Below are positions 37,904-47,599 of a stretch of DNA of 64,000 bases, one piece after another. Source of the stretch: Oscillospiraceae bacterium (lineage in GTDB: Bacteria > Bacillota > Clostridia > Oscillospirales > Oscillospiraceae); NCBI GenBank assembly GCA_963667545.2, contig OY763424.2:780240-844239 (forward strand), read 5' to 3'. Positions within the stretch are counted from its first letter, which is position 1. The number at the start of each line of letters is the position of its first letter. The notes beneath the pieces were generated by a model. It worked only from the letters and a program-made list of their open reading frames with translations. It had not been told where the DNA came from and did no database searches. The translations under genes and the position numbers were made by a program.

Positions 37904-39820
37904 CTAAAACAGTTCGCAGATGAGCTCGGTGTATTCAGCCGCGTTTTCAAGGGGCAGACCGGCAATCAGCAGAGCCTGAGCATGCAGAATCTTCGCAAGC
38001 TTTGCGGCCTTGTCCCTGTCGGTTTCAAAGGCTTCCTTGAGAGCTTTATAGGCGTGGTGCTCGCTGTTGAGCTCCAGAACTCTTTTTGCTCTGATATTCT
38101 GTGCTGCTTCGTTCTTCATGAGCGTAAAATATTTTTCCATCTCAATGGAAATCTCGCCTTCGGAGGTGAGATAGACGGGGTGACTTACGAGCTTGTGGCT
38201 CAAACGGACGTCCGATACGCCGTTGCCCAGAGTTTCTTTCACGAAGTCCAGAAGTTCCTTGTTTTCTTCTAGCTTCTTGTCAGCTTCGGTTTTCTCCTCC
38301 TCAGTTTCAAGCCCGAGGTCATCGTTCGTGATGTTGCAGAACTTTACGCCCTCATATTCCTTAAGCTGACGGATAATGAAGTCATCGACCTCGTCCGTCA
38401 TATAGAATATCTCAAAGCCCTTGTCGCGCACAAGCTCAGCCTGCGGCAGACTTTCCGCCTTAGCAATACTGTCAGTACAGACGTAATAAATGAACTTTTG
38501 TTCCGTGGGCATTTTTCCCTTGTATTCACGGAGAGGCACAAGCTCTTTTTCCTTGCTGGAATAGAACATCAGAAGGTCCATGAGCATGTCCTTCTTTTCG
38601 CCGTAGTTCTCGACTATGCCGTATTTAATCTGCATGCTGAAAGCGCCGTAGAACTTCTCGTAGTTTTCGGGCTCCTCGTCCATCATTCTGCGCAGCTCAT
38701 TTTTAACCTTTTTTTCAAGGTTTGTCTGGATAATCTTGAGCTGTCTGCCGCTCTGCAGGGTTTCGCGTGAAATGTTGAGCGGAAAATCGGGGCTGTCCAC
38801 AACGCCGCGCACAAAACGGAAGCAGTCGGGAATTACATCCTTGCAGCGCTCCATTATCATAACGCCGTTTGAATACAGCTGGAGCCCCGGCTCGAACAGG
38901 TCGGAAAAGAAGTTTGTGGGCGCTCTGCCGGGAATAAAGACCATTGCCTTATAGGAAACCTGACCTTCGGCGCTTACGCGTATCGTCGACACCGGAGGCT
39001 CATAGTCGTAATAGATGTTCTTATAGAACTCGTCGGACTCTTCCTTCGTGACCTCGTCCTTTGAACGCTGCCAAATCGGAACCATGCTGTTTATAACCTG
39101 TTCAACCGTCTTGGGAACCTCTTTTGTGACAGGTTTTCCGTCAGCATCAAGTTCGCCGGTCTCGACTTCCTCAAAGTCAGTCGCGTCAATGACGATAGGC
39201 CAGCGGATAAAGTCGCTGTATTTTTTAACGAGCTGCCCGATAGACATATCGTTCAGGAAACGGGTATATTCGCTTTCCTCGACATCCTGCTTTATGTGCA
39301 TGATAACGTCCGTTCCGACGCTGTCCTTTTGGCATTCTTCGACCGTATAGCCGTCCGTGCCTGTGCTTTCCCACTTATAGGCCGTGTCGGAGCCGTAGGC
39401 CTTCGTTATAACGACGACCTTATCGGAAACCATAAAAGCGGAGTAGAAGCCGACGCCGAACTGCCCGATAATGTCAAGGTCGGAAGCCTCGCCGGATTTT
39501 TCCATCTCGCTTTTGAATTTGAGCGAGCCGCTCTTTGCGATAACGCCGAGATTGTTTTCAAGCTCCTCTTTCGTCATGCCGATGCCGTTGTCGGAAACGC
39601 TGATGATGCGGTCCTCTTCCGAAAAGCCGAGCTTGATTCGAAAATCGGAGCGCTGCATGCCGACATTTTCATCGGTAAGCGAAAGGTAGCAGAGCTTGTC
39701 AATAGCGTCGCTCGCGTTGGAGATGATTTCTCTCAGGAAAATTTCCGGATGCGTGTAGATTGAGTTAATCATCAGCTCCAGAATTCTCTTTGATTCTGTC
39801 TTGAACTGCTTTTTTGCCAT
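37904..39820 (-). CDS. htpG: Molecular chaperone HtpG (Hsp90)
   Basis: LELMINSIYTHPEIFLREIISNASDAIDK and GQFGVGFYS motifs. Full length 638 aa. Confidence 0.95.
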   Translation of the reverse strand: MAKKQFKTESKRILELMINSIYTHPEIFLREIISNASDAIDKLCYLSLTDENVGMQRSDFRIKLGFSEEDRIISVSDNGIGMTKEELENNLGVIAKSGSLKFKSEMEKSGEASDLDIIGQFGVGFYSAFMVSDKVVVITKAYGSDTAYKWESTGTDGYTVEECQKDSVGTDVIMHIKQDVEESEYTRFLNDMSIGQLVKKYSDFIRWPIVIDATDFEEVETGELDADGKPVTKEVPKTVEQVINSMVPIWQRSKDEVTKEESDEFYKNIYYDYEPPVSTIRVSAEGQVSYKAMVFIPGRAPTNFFSDLFEPGLQLYSNGVMIMERCKDVIPDCFRFVRGVVDSPDFPLNISRETLQSGRQLKIIQTNLEKKVKNELRRMMDEEPENYEKFYGAFSMQIKYGIVENYGEKKDMLMDLLMFYSSKEKELVPLREYKGKMPTEQKFIYYVCTDSIAKAESLPQAELVRDKGFEIFYMTDEVDDFIIRQLKEYEGVKFCNITNDDLGLETEEEKTEADKKLEENKELLDFVKETLGNGVSDVRLSHKLVSHPVYLTSEGEISIEMEKYFTLMKNEAAQNIRAKRVLELNSEHHAYKALKEAFETDRDKAAKLAKILHAQALLIAGLPLENAAEYTELICELF

Positions 39821-40000
39821 AGCTTAAAATTACCTCCTAGCAATAGAGAAAATATAGCGTAACTTATATGATATCACATTTTTACCGTTTTTCAACACTT
39901 ATAAGGAATAAAAAGACAAATACAAAGGTCGTAATCGAAGTACTCGCGTTCATCAGATGGTTTCACTATATGGGTTAGAAGGATTTAGATATAATAACAA

Positions 40001-40028
40001 TTGTGTTCCAAAGAAATTATGATATAAT
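40001..40028 (+). promoter_or_regulatory. Extended -10 promoter candidate for hpf
   Basis: TTGTGT - 16 nt - TATAAT, with TG at -15/-14 (TGATATAAT). Confidence 0.45.
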
Positions 40029-40113
40029 TATTATATAGGAGGGGCGGTTTCGGCTCCCCCGGATCGGCTCCTCTAACATCAAGGCATTGCGCCACAAGAA
40101 GGAGTTGTACATT

Positions 40114-40647
40114 ATGAAATTCACAGTAACAGAAAAGAAAATTAAGGTACCAGATGAGATCAAAGAATATGCCGAGCGCAAGGTTGGCAAGATTGATCGC
40201 TTCTTCCGTGGAGATTCAAAAGCCTTTATTACATTCAGCTCCGAAAGAGGCAGATACAGAGCAGAAGTAACTATTGAAAATAACGGCATGTTCTACAGGG
40301 TCAGCGAGCTGACGGGCGATATGCGCGCCTCAATCGACTCTGCCTGCGCCTCAATCGAAAGCCAGATCAGAAAAAATAAGACCCGTCTTGAGAAACGCCT
40401 GCGCGAGGGCGCATTCGAAAAGGATGCGGCAGAGAGCTTCATTCCGGAGGATGAAGAAAAAGATTTCAATATTGTTCGCTCGAAGCGCTTCCCGATAAAG
40501 CCCATGACGCCTGAAGAAGCTATTTTGCAGATGAATCTTCTGGAGCATGAGTTCTTTGCTTTCAAGAACCAGTCGGAGGGCAACGCCTTTGCAATTGTCT
40601 ATCGCCGCAATAACGGCGGCTACGGTCTGATATCCGACGTTGACTAA
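40114..40647 (+). CDS. hpf: Ribosome hibernation-promoting factor, long form
   Basis: S30AE/YfiA N-domain (KF.V....I.VPDEIKEYAE.K..K..RF) plus a C-terminal dimerisation domain (KRF..KPMT.EEAILQMNLLEHEFF.F.N). ATG at 40114 has an AAGGAG RBS. Confidence 0.9.
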   Translation: MKFTVTEKKIKVPDEIKEYAERKVGKIDRFFRGDSKAFITFSSERGRYRAEVTIENNGMFYRVSELTGDMRASIDSACASIESQIRKNKTRLEKRLREGAFEKDAAESFIPEDEEKDFNIVRSKRFPIKPMTPEEAILQMNLLEHEFFAFKNQSEGNAFAIVYRRNNGGYGLISDVD

Positions 40648-40666
40648 GCAAAAGTAAATATAAGTA

Positions 40667-40698
40667 AAGGAACGGGCACACGCCCGTTCCTTTTTATT
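40667..40698 (+). terminator. Intrinsic terminator of hpf
   Basis: AAAGGAACGGGC - ACAC - GCCCGTTCCTTT followed by TTAT. Confidence 0.8.
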
Positions 40699-40774
40699 AA
40701 TTTAAAGCACAGGTATCTCCATTGTTGTAGAAAAGCATTAGATATGTTAGTATATTTTGGTTAGGGGGTATATA

Positions 40775-42112
40775 GTGAAAAGCTTAAAAAGAGTATTCAA
40801 TTTGATGGTTGTGCTTCTGGTTGCAAACTGCTATCTACTTTACACTGTTTGCTCTGCAGACAAAGTATGGATAATTGTTTTTATCATATTGACACTCGTG
40901 TGCTTTGCTCGGCTCAATATCTTCGCTTCAGTGAGAAAATATCCGGATAAACGAATTAGAACTATGTCAGGCGGTGCGGAGCTTTTAGCGCTGTTTATAA
41001 TTACAACATTTATTAACACACTCGGCGTAGTTTCTGTTGGTGCTGTTGTTCCGGGGCTACTCATGCTTTACCCGTTTTATATTCATTGCTTAGTCGTAAT
41101 CATTGTCGAATCGACACTATTCTGGAATGGGATTATCCGTGTATACTGCACTTCTGTTCAGCTGGGTGTAAAAATTAGAGTAATTGGGATTCTGGTCGGA
41201 TGGATACCTATTGCTAATCTAATTGCACTATTCAAAATTTTGAAAACAGTCTACAGCGAGTGTGACTTTGAAACAAAAAAAGCACAGTTGAATAAAGAAC
41301 GCCGTCATTTAGAGGTTTGCAAGACCAAATATCCTCTTCTTTTCGTGCACGGAGTATTCTTTCGCGATATTAAGTATTTCAATTATTGGGGGCGCATACC
41401 GGGCGAGCTTGAGGCAAACGGCGCCAAGATATTCTATGGAAAGCAGCAATCCGCATCATCTGTGGAAGACAGTGCGGAAGAACTTGTGGAGCGGATTAAG
41501 GATGTTGTGAATAAAACAGGCTGCGAGAAGGTCAATATAATCGCCCATTCAAAAGGCGGACTCGACGCACGCTATGCCATAAGTTGTCTTGGCGCGGACG
41601 AATACGTCGCCTCGTTGACTACAATAAACACGCCCCACAGAGGCTGCATTTTTGCGGAATATCTATTGAATAAAGCGCCTGAAAAATTTAAAAATACGCT
41701 TGCCAACAATTATAATCAAGCCCTAAAAAAGCTAGGAGACCAAAGTCCCGACTTCTTAGCGGCGGTTACAGACCTTACCGCTTCACGCTGCGCTGAAATA
41801 AACTCCGTCGCAAAGGACAAGGAGGGCGTTTTGTATCAAAGCGTCGCTTCAAAATCAAACAACGCGCGAAGCGGGAAATTTCCGCTGAATATCAGCTATC
41901 CTCTTGTTCGGCACTTTGATGGTGCAAATGACGGTCTGGTCTCGGTTGAGTCGGCAAAATGGGGCACAAACTTTACACTTCTTGCCGTAAAGGGAAAACG
42001 CGGGATTACGCATGCTGATGTTATCGACCTCAATCGAGAAAATATCAACGGCTTCGACGTTAGAGAGTTTTATGTCCAATTGGCTGGCAGTTTAAAAACA
42101 AAGGATTTTTAA
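40775..42112 (+). CDS. Alpha/beta-hydrolase lipase/esterase fused to an N-terminal polytopic membrane domain
   Basis: About 185 aa of hydrophobic segments, then a lipase core: oxyanion region PLLFVHG, nucleophile elbow AHSKGG, TINTPHRG and GANDGLVS. GTG at 40775 lies 6 nt after AGGGGG (the ORF-track TTG at 40757 is less likely). Confidence 0.7.
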   Translation: MKSLKRVFNLMVVLLVANCYLLYTVCSADKVWIIVFIILTLVCFARLNIFASVRKYPDKRIRTMSGGAELLALFIITTFINTLGVVSVGAVVPGLLMLYPFYIHCLVVIIVESTLFWNGIIRVYCTSVQLGVKIRVIGILVGWIPIANLIALFKILKTVYSECDFETKKAQLNKERRHLEVCKTKYPLLFVHGVFFRDIKYFNYWGRIPGELEANGAKIFYGKQQSASSVEDSAEELVERIKDVVNKTGCEKVNIIAHSKGGLDARYAISCLGADEYVASLTTINTPHRGCIFAEYLLNKAPEKFKNTLANNYNQALKKLGDQSPDFLAAVTDLTASRCAEINSVAKDKEGVLYQSVASKSNNARSGKFPLNISYPLVRHFDGANDGLVSVESAKWGTNFTLLAVKGKRGITHADVIDLNRENINGFDVREFYVQLAGSLKTKDF

Positions 42113-42133
42113 AAGAATACATTTTATTATTAA

Positions 42134-42168
42134 AGGTGCGATGCAGTACAGAAGTTTGCATCGCACCT
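42134..42168. terminator. Bidirectional terminator between convergent genes
   Basis: AGGTGCGATGCA - loop - TGCATCGCACCT. Confidence 0.7.
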
Positions 42169-42198
42169 CATTGTTATTAAGAGATAACTGTACCACGC

Positions 42199-42537
42199 TT
42201 ACAGCAAAGAATCACCCATTTTTTGTTTATACACAGTGCCCCATTCCATCATGGCGTCTAAAACCGGCTTCAAACTATAACCTGTTTCAGTTAGAGAGTA
42301 TTCCACACGAGGAGGTACCTCTGCGTAAACCTTACGGGTGAGCAAGCCCTTTTCTTCCATATCGCGTAAATTGGCGGTCAGCACTTTTTGTGTAACGCTT
42401 CCAATTGATTTTTTAAGTTCCCCAAAGCGTTTTGTGCCGCCCATTAGGTCGCGCAAAATTAAAACCTTCCAGCGGTCACTTATTAAAAGCAGAGTGGTTT
42501 CAACCGGACAGGCTGGCAACTCTTCCTTTTCAAGCAT
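42199..42537 (-). CDS. HxlR-family (MarR-like wHTH) transcriptional regulator
   Basis: CPVE.TL.LISDRWK.LILRDL..G.KRF.EL...I..V..K.L...L..ME..GL..R..Y...PPRVEY.LT..G is the canonical HxlR signature. ATG at 42537 follows GGGGGTG. Confidence 0.85.
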   Translation of the reverse strand: MLEKEELPACPVETTLLLISDRWKVLILRDLMGGTKRFGELKKSIGSVTQKVLTANLRDMEEKGLLTRKVYAEVPPRVEYSLTETGYSLKPVLDAMMEWGTVYKQKMGDSLL

Positions 42538-42700
42538 AATGAACACCCCCAAACGCTTGCTGTTATACGATAGTATCAATATGGGTACTATCGCACAATT
42601 TAGTGCTTACTTTACATTACGGCTCTATGAAATTATTATAGTATCACAAGCAAGCAATTGCAAGCTCAAAAATCATCTATACTTTTGGAGGTATATTATC

Positions 42701-43102
42701 ATGAATGAAGTCGTGAAGTTCCTGTCTGAAAATCCTGTCCAGTATCTGGCTACCGTAGGTCGTGACGGCAAAGCAAAATGCCGCCCTTTTATGTTCTGCT
42801 TTGAAAAAGACGGCAAGCTGTGGTTCTGCACCAACAGCCATAAGGACGTATACAAAGATATGCAGCAGAATCCCTTTGTAGAGCTTTCCGTATCAAGCCC
42901 CAGCTACGCTTGGATTCGCCTGAACGGCAAGGCCGTTTTTGAGAACAACATGGCCGTCAAGGAAGGCTGCATGAACAATCCCATCGTCAAGGGCCAGTAT
43001 CAGACTGCAATGAACCCCATTTTTGAAGTATTCTATTTGGCAGATGCCAAGGCAGTGATTGCCAATTTCTCCGGTAATCCACCCGCAGAATACTCTCTGT
43101 AA
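42701..43102 (+). CDS. Pyridoxamine 5'-phosphate oxidase-like FMN-binding split-barrel protein
   Basis: 133 aa. FLSENPVQYLATVGRDGKAKCRPF...DGKLWFCT...K.VYK.M..NP.VE.S pattern. ATG at 42701 follows GGAGGT. The upstream part of ORF 42338-43102 is antisense to the HxlR gene and is rejected. Confidence 0.75.
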   Translation: MNEVVKFLSENPVQYLATVGRDGKAKCRPFMFCFEKDGKLWFCTNSHKDVYKDMQQNPFVELSVSSPSYAWIRLNGKAVFENNMAVKEGCMNNPIVKGQYQTAMNPIFEVFYLADAKAVIANFSGNPPAEYSL

Positions 43103-43170
43103 TCAAAAAGCTGCACTACATCTGGTTGGCCGGTGAATAAAAACAGTGGGCTTTAATAGCATACACATTA

Positions 43171-43218
43171 ATAAGTTAAGTGCCGGCGAAAAATTTTTTT
43201 CGCCGGCACTTAACTTAT
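43171..43218. terminator. Bidirectional intrinsic terminator (overlaps the stop codon of the FtsX-type permease gene)
   Basis: ATAAGTTAAGTGCCGGCGAAAAA / TTTTTCGCCGGCACTTAACTTAT, a near-perfect 23-bp palindrome. Confidence 0.8.
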
Positions 43219-46200
43219 TCCGGAGCCTTCATGCTTTCGACCATGCTGATTCTGTGCAGCTTCCGGCTCATAATGAGGTTTACAAGGATACTGAAGAGCA
43301 AGGTCAGCGCGGCGGAGTAAACAAAGCTCAGCGCCTTGACTGTGCGGCCGAACATCATGCTGGTCAGCTCCGCGCTGCTGACGATATACCTGTGCAGAAA
43401 GATTCCCAGCACCAGCCCGACGAGCGTACCTATGACAGAAAGCACGACTGATTCGCGGTTGATATAGGCGTTGACCTCACGGTCGTTGAAGCCGAGCACC
43501 TTGATAGTCGCGATTTCCTTGACCCGTTCCGAAATGTTTATATTGGTCAGGTTATAAAGCACGACGAAGGCCAGCGCACCCGCACTCAGTATTATGACAA
43601 AGACAATGGTGTCAATCTTGTCAAGCGCCAGCGAAAAGGCGTCCTTTGAGTTTGAGGTGTAGCTGATTCCGCTGACAGCGCCTGTCGCGAGAATGCTTTT
43701 GCCTATATCGGTTTTTGCCGAGATACCGTTTTCGGTCAAACGTACAAGCAGAAGGTTTTGCTGTGCGCTGTGCCCCATAGCCGCTTCATAGGTGCCCTCG
43801 GTCATATAGATGTAGTTTCTCAGATAGTTTTCGCAGATACCGCTTATTTTGAATTCGCCCTTATCGCCGCTTTTGGAGGTCAGAGTTACCGTATCGCCAA
43901 TCTTTACCTTGAGTATTTCACTCGCCTTTTCTGTGATAACGACGCTGTTTTCGCCAAAGCCGACAGCTTTTCCGTTTTCTCTTTCACGGAGCGTGACAAA
44001 GCCGTTAAGGTCGGAGGCGTTCTCGGGTATAAAGGTGTAGACCTCCAGTGAATTTTCTTTGCCGGATACATTGACGGCCTCGTAATTGACGACTGTGCTG
44101 CCGGAAACATTGTCGCTGTCCCCGAGCAGAGCCTGAAGCTGAGAGTTATCCATATTCTGCTCACCGTCGTAAGGAGCCATGATATCAAAGGACTGGATTG
44201 CGCCGAACTGCCTTTCGGCGATGTCCGAAAACGAATCGTGCAGTCCAAAGCCGGCAACCAGAAGGGCTGTGCAGCCGGCGACTCCGATTGTAGTCATAAA
44301 AAACCGCTTTTTGTATCGGAAAAGGTTCCGCGCCGTTACCTTATGGGTGAATTTCATGCGCTTCCAGATGGGCGTAATCCGCTCCAGCAGAACTCGTTTG
44401 CCGGGGTCCGGAGCTTTGACGAGCATGAGCTGGGAGGGCTTTTCCTTTAAGGTTGCCCTGCAGGCGTTTGTCGTCGCGAGAAGTGTGCAGAGGATTGCCG
44501 CTCCGCTGGTGCCAAGCACGAAGACCCAGTTTAAAGGATAATAAAAGCTTGGCAGCTCGTACATCATCGTGTATGCGTTCCAGATGACAGCGGGAAAGAG
44601 CCTCAGCCCGACGACCACTCCGACTGCGCTTCCCAGAACTGAGGCGGAGAGCGCATAGAGAATATATTTGCCCATTATGGCGTTCCGACTGTAGCCCAGA
44701 GCCTTCATCGTGCCTATCTGGAGCCTTTCGTCCTCAACCATACGCGTCATCGTTGTGAGGGCGACAAGCGCCGCGACAAGGAAGAAGAAGAAGGGAAAAA
44801 TCTTTGCAATCGCGTTTACCTTTTCAATGTTAGCCGAAATTGAAGCGTAGCTGATGCTGTTTGCCCGCGTATAGACATACCAGTCGGGCATTTTAATTTT
44901 AGAAATCTTTTCTTCCGCGTTTGATATTTGCTGTGCGCCGTCCGTAAGGGATGTGTCCGCCTCGGCTTTGGCGTCTTCGTATTTTTTTCGGTTCTCCGCA
45001 AGCGTGAATTTTGAGCTGTTCAGCTTTTTCAGCTCGTCCTGATATTGACTTTTTGCCGTCTCAAGCTCCGCCCTGCCGGAGGCAAGCTTCTCACCCGCGT
45101 CCGAAAGCTCTTTTTCGGCGCTCGATTTTTTTGCAGCAAGGTCTTTGCGCTGCGCATCAAGCTCTGTCTGTCCTTCGTCTAGCTTTGCGAAAGCCGCGTC
45201 AAGACTCCCGAGTTTTACAGCGAGAGGCGGCAAATTAGTGGAAGCGGCACCGGTCATCTGAAGATACCAAACGCCCTGCGCAAATGCTTTATAGCCGTCG
45301 CTCGAGGATATACTCTGGATTTCAGCCTCCAGATTATCTCTTTCAGCGGCAAGAGCCGCCGCTTCGTCCGCGTATTCCGCGTGCCCGCTGCCGATAAGTG
45401 CTCCTATTTCGGCAAGTCTGACTGCGATTTTATCGAGCCTTGTGCTGTCGTCCGAAAGCTTCTGAAGCTGATCGGAAAGTGTGGGATAGGCGACAGGAAG
45501 TTTGCGCAGCTTGTCAAACTGCGACTGCTGGAGTCCGTCTAGATTGCAGGAGGAGAGCTCCTTTTCCGCTGATGCCAGGTTGCTGTTCGCAGTTTTGCGG
45601 TTATCATCAATTTTGCGCTGTGCGGCATCAAGCTGTGTCTCGGCAGCGGCAAACTGCGCTTTCATTTCACGCTCACTGCTGTTAAGCTTGGTGTCATTCT
45701 CGTTAAGCGTGTTTTCATTTTCATCGAGCTGTTTTTTTGCGTCAGCAAGCTGTTTCTCGCCGTCAGCAAGCTGCTTTTCACCGCTTTCAAGCTTTATTAA
45801 AGCGTCCGAGAGCTTATCATCGGCAGTTGCCTTCGCGTCGTTATATTCCGACTTGGCGTCGCTTAGCTTTTCGTTAGCATCGCTCACAACCTGATTATAG
45901 CGAATCCTGCTGCGTGCGGATGATATGGCTTTGATTTTTTCAGCTGTTTCGTCGACATGCGATTGATACTCGTCCGTGAGGCAGGTCAGGTCAAGCGCCC
46001 CCTTGACGGTAACGTAAACATCCGTGTAGACGTCGGTTTTGAAGCTTTCGTCCGGAACCAGCAGAAAAGCGTCGATGATTCCGCTGCCGATTTTTGTGTA
46101 TTCCTTTTCGGCGGAGAAATACTGGCAGTAATCCGCAAACCCGACTATTATAAACTTTTTTGAATTCAGGAGCTCGTCCGAGTTCGTATCGTTTTCGGAA

Positions 46201-46667
46201 ACCGTCAGCGTGTCGCCGATATGAAGCTTTGATTTGCCGCTGAGAGGTACGTTCACGACGACACATTCGCCCGGACTGCGCGGAAAGCGCCCTGAGGTGA
46301 GCTCAGGGCGGTTAAGCACGGTATCGCCGTCAAGATTAAGGCTGTGCAGACGAGTGGTGTAATCAACTCCGCTGACGGAAGTCAGCAGCGCGTCCGCTAT
46401 ATAACCAGGCTGAACCTTATCAACGCCCTCAATGAAGCGCAGTTGAGCAACATCCTCGTTTGTAAGGCCAAGATCGCCCATAACCCGTATGTCGTACATT
46501 GAATTATCGTCGAAGTATTTATCAAAAGAGTAGCGCATATCGGGCGTGGAGGACAGAAGCCCTGCCAGAAAGCCCACTCCCAGCGCAACGATAGCAAAAA
46601 TAGCCGCAAAGCGTCCGAATGTGCCCTTAACGGTACGCAGAAGGTTTTTTCTATACGTTCTGCGCAT
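43215..46667 (-). CDS. FtsX/MacB-type ABC transporter permease, duplicated, with a very long coiled-coil extracytoplasmic insert
   Basis: 1150 aa. TM1, then a large external domain with about 350 aa of heptad-like Ala/Lys/Glu/Leu/Gln-rich sequence. This is followed by an FtsX 3-TM bundle, a second external domain and a second FtsX bundle (SMVESMKA at the C-terminus). Confidence 0.8.
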   Translation of the reverse strand: MRRTYRKNLLRTVKGTFGRFAAIFAIVALGVGFLAGLLSSTPDMRYSFDKYFDDNSMYDIRVMGDLGLTNEDVAQLRFIEGVDKVQPGYIADALLTSVSGVDYTTRLHSLNLDGDTVLNRPELTSGRFPRSPGECVVVNVPLSGKSKLHIGDTLTVSENDTNSDELLNSKKFIIVGFADYCQYFSAEKEYTKIGSGIIDAFLLVPDESFKTDVYTDVYVTVKGALDLTCLTDEYQSHVDETAEKIKAISSARSRIRYNQVVSDANEKLSDAKSEYNDAKATADDKLSDALIKLESGEKQLADGEKQLADAKKQLDENENTLNENDTKLNSSEREMKAQFAAAETQLDAAQRKIDDNRKTANSNLASAEKELSSCNLDGLQQSQFDKLRKLPVAYPTLSDQLQKLSDDSTRLDKIAVRLAEIGALIGSGHAEYADEAAALAAERDNLEAEIQSISSSDGYKAFAQGVWYLQMTGAASTNLPPLAVKLGSLDAAFAKLDEGQTELDAQRKDLAAKKSSAEKELSDAGEKLASGRAELETAKSQYQDELKKLNSSKFTLAENRKKYEDAKAEADTSLTDGAQQISNAEEKISKIKMPDWYVYTRANSISYASISANIEKVNAIAKIFPFFFFLVAALVALTTMTRMVEDERLQIGTMKALGYSRNAIMGKYILYALSASVLGSAVGVVVGLRLFPAVIWNAYTMMYELPSFYYPLNWVFVLGTSGAAILCTLLATTNACRATLKEKPSQLMLVKAPDPGKRVLLERITPIWKRMKFTHKVTARNLFRYKKRFFMTTIGVAGCTALLVAGFGLHDSFSDIAERQFGAIQSFDIMAPYDGEQNMDNSQLQALLGDSDNVSGSTVVNYEAVNVSGKENSLEVYTFIPENASDLNGFVTLRERENGKAVGFGENSVVITEKASEILKVKIGDTVTLTSKSGDKGEFKISGICENYLRNYIYMTEGTYEAAMGHSAQQNLLLVRLTENGISAKTDIGKSILATGAVSGISYTSNSKDAFSLALDKIDTIVFVIILSAGALAFVVLYNLTNINISERVKEIATIKVLGFNDREVNAYINRESVVLSVIGTLVGLVLGIFLHRYIVSSAELTSMMFGRTVKALSFVYSAALTLLFSILVNLIMSRKLHRISMVESMKAPE

Positions 46668-47372
46668 TTACCACTCTATCCTTTCAACGGGCACGGGATT
46701 TTCGTTGACGTCAATCTTTGTAACCCGTCCGTTTTTTATGTGAATTACCCTATCTGCCATTGCGGTAATTGCGGTATTGTGTGTGATTACAATAACCGTT
46801 CTTCCAGTGTTCCTGCAGGTGTCCTGTAAAAGCTTAAGCACCTGTTTGCCAGTCATATAGTCCAAAGCGCCGGTAGGTTCGTCGCAGAGGAGAATTTTCG
46901 GGTTTTTTGCCAACGCACGGGCGATTGAAACGCGCTGCTGTTCACCGCCGGAGAGCTGCGCGGGAAAGTTGTCGAGCCTCTCGGAAAGTCCGACCTTTGC
47001 AAGAGTGTCAGCAGCGGGGAGAGGGTCACGGCAGATTTCACCGGCAAGCTCAACATTTTCGAGCGCCGTCAGATTTTGAACCAGATTATAGAACTGAAAA
47101 ACAAAGCCCACATCATAGCGGCGGTACATTGTGAGCTTTCTTTGCGAAAATGAGCTGATTTCCTGCCCGTCAAGGAGTATGAGGCCCTCGTCACACGAAT
47201 CCATTCCGCCAAGTATGTTTAAAACAGTGGTTTTTCCTGCGCCGGAGGGACCGACGATTACGCAGAACTCGCCCTTTTCGATATCAAAGCTGACGTGGTC
47301 GGCAGCGGCGATTGAGGTTTCTCCGGTTTTATAATATTTGCAGACATTTTCAAAGTGAACGAAGCTCGCCAT
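46668..47372 (-). CDS. ABC transporter ATP-binding protein (MacB/LolD-type partner of FtsX permease)
   Basis: Walker [10 protein letters not shown], signature LSGGEQQR, Walker [13 protein letters not shown]. Its stop abuts the permease start. Confidence 0.9.
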   Translation of the reverse strand: MASFVHFENVCKYYKTGETSIAAADHVSFDIEKGEFCVIVGPSGAGKTTVLNILGGMDSCDEGLILLDGQEISSFSQRKLTMYRRYDVGFVFQFYNLVQNLTALENVELAGEICRDPLPAADTLAKVGLSERLDNFPAQLSGGEQQRVSIARALAKNPKILLCDEPTGALDYMTGKQVLKLLQDTCRNTGRTVIVITHNTAITAMADRVIHIKNGRVTKIDVNENPVPVERIEW

Positions 47373-47599
47373 AATAGTCTCCTGCCTGAGCGGGATATTC
47401 CCGCATAATACGTTGTCTGAATTTATCGAAATGCACGATTAATGCTCATATACTCAGAGATATTAATTGTAAAATTACTATGAAGTACAGTCAAGCGCAT
47501 TTCATGTTTTGTTTTTTACTAAATTGTAAACTTTTTTGAACAAAATTACCCGCAGAAACGTAAAAAAACGTCACCGCGGGTATTATTGTTGCTTATCTT

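Noticed and set aside
39821-40000. Possible CIRCE/HrcA operator upstream of htpG
   Set aside because: No match to TTAGCACTC-N9-GAGTGCTAA was found. Only a plausible SigA-type promoter (TTGAAA ... TATCAT on the minus strand) is visible.
40017-40289. 90-aa minus-strand ORF across the hpf promoter and start
   Set aside because: It overlaps the hpf promoter, leader and 5' coding region, and has no RBS or family resemblance.
42338-42700. N-terminal 121 codons of ORF 42338-43102
   Set aside because: This portion is antisense to the HxlR gene and crosses the divergent promoter region. The real gene starts at ATG 42701, directly after GGAGGT, giving a standard 133-aa PNPOx-like protein.
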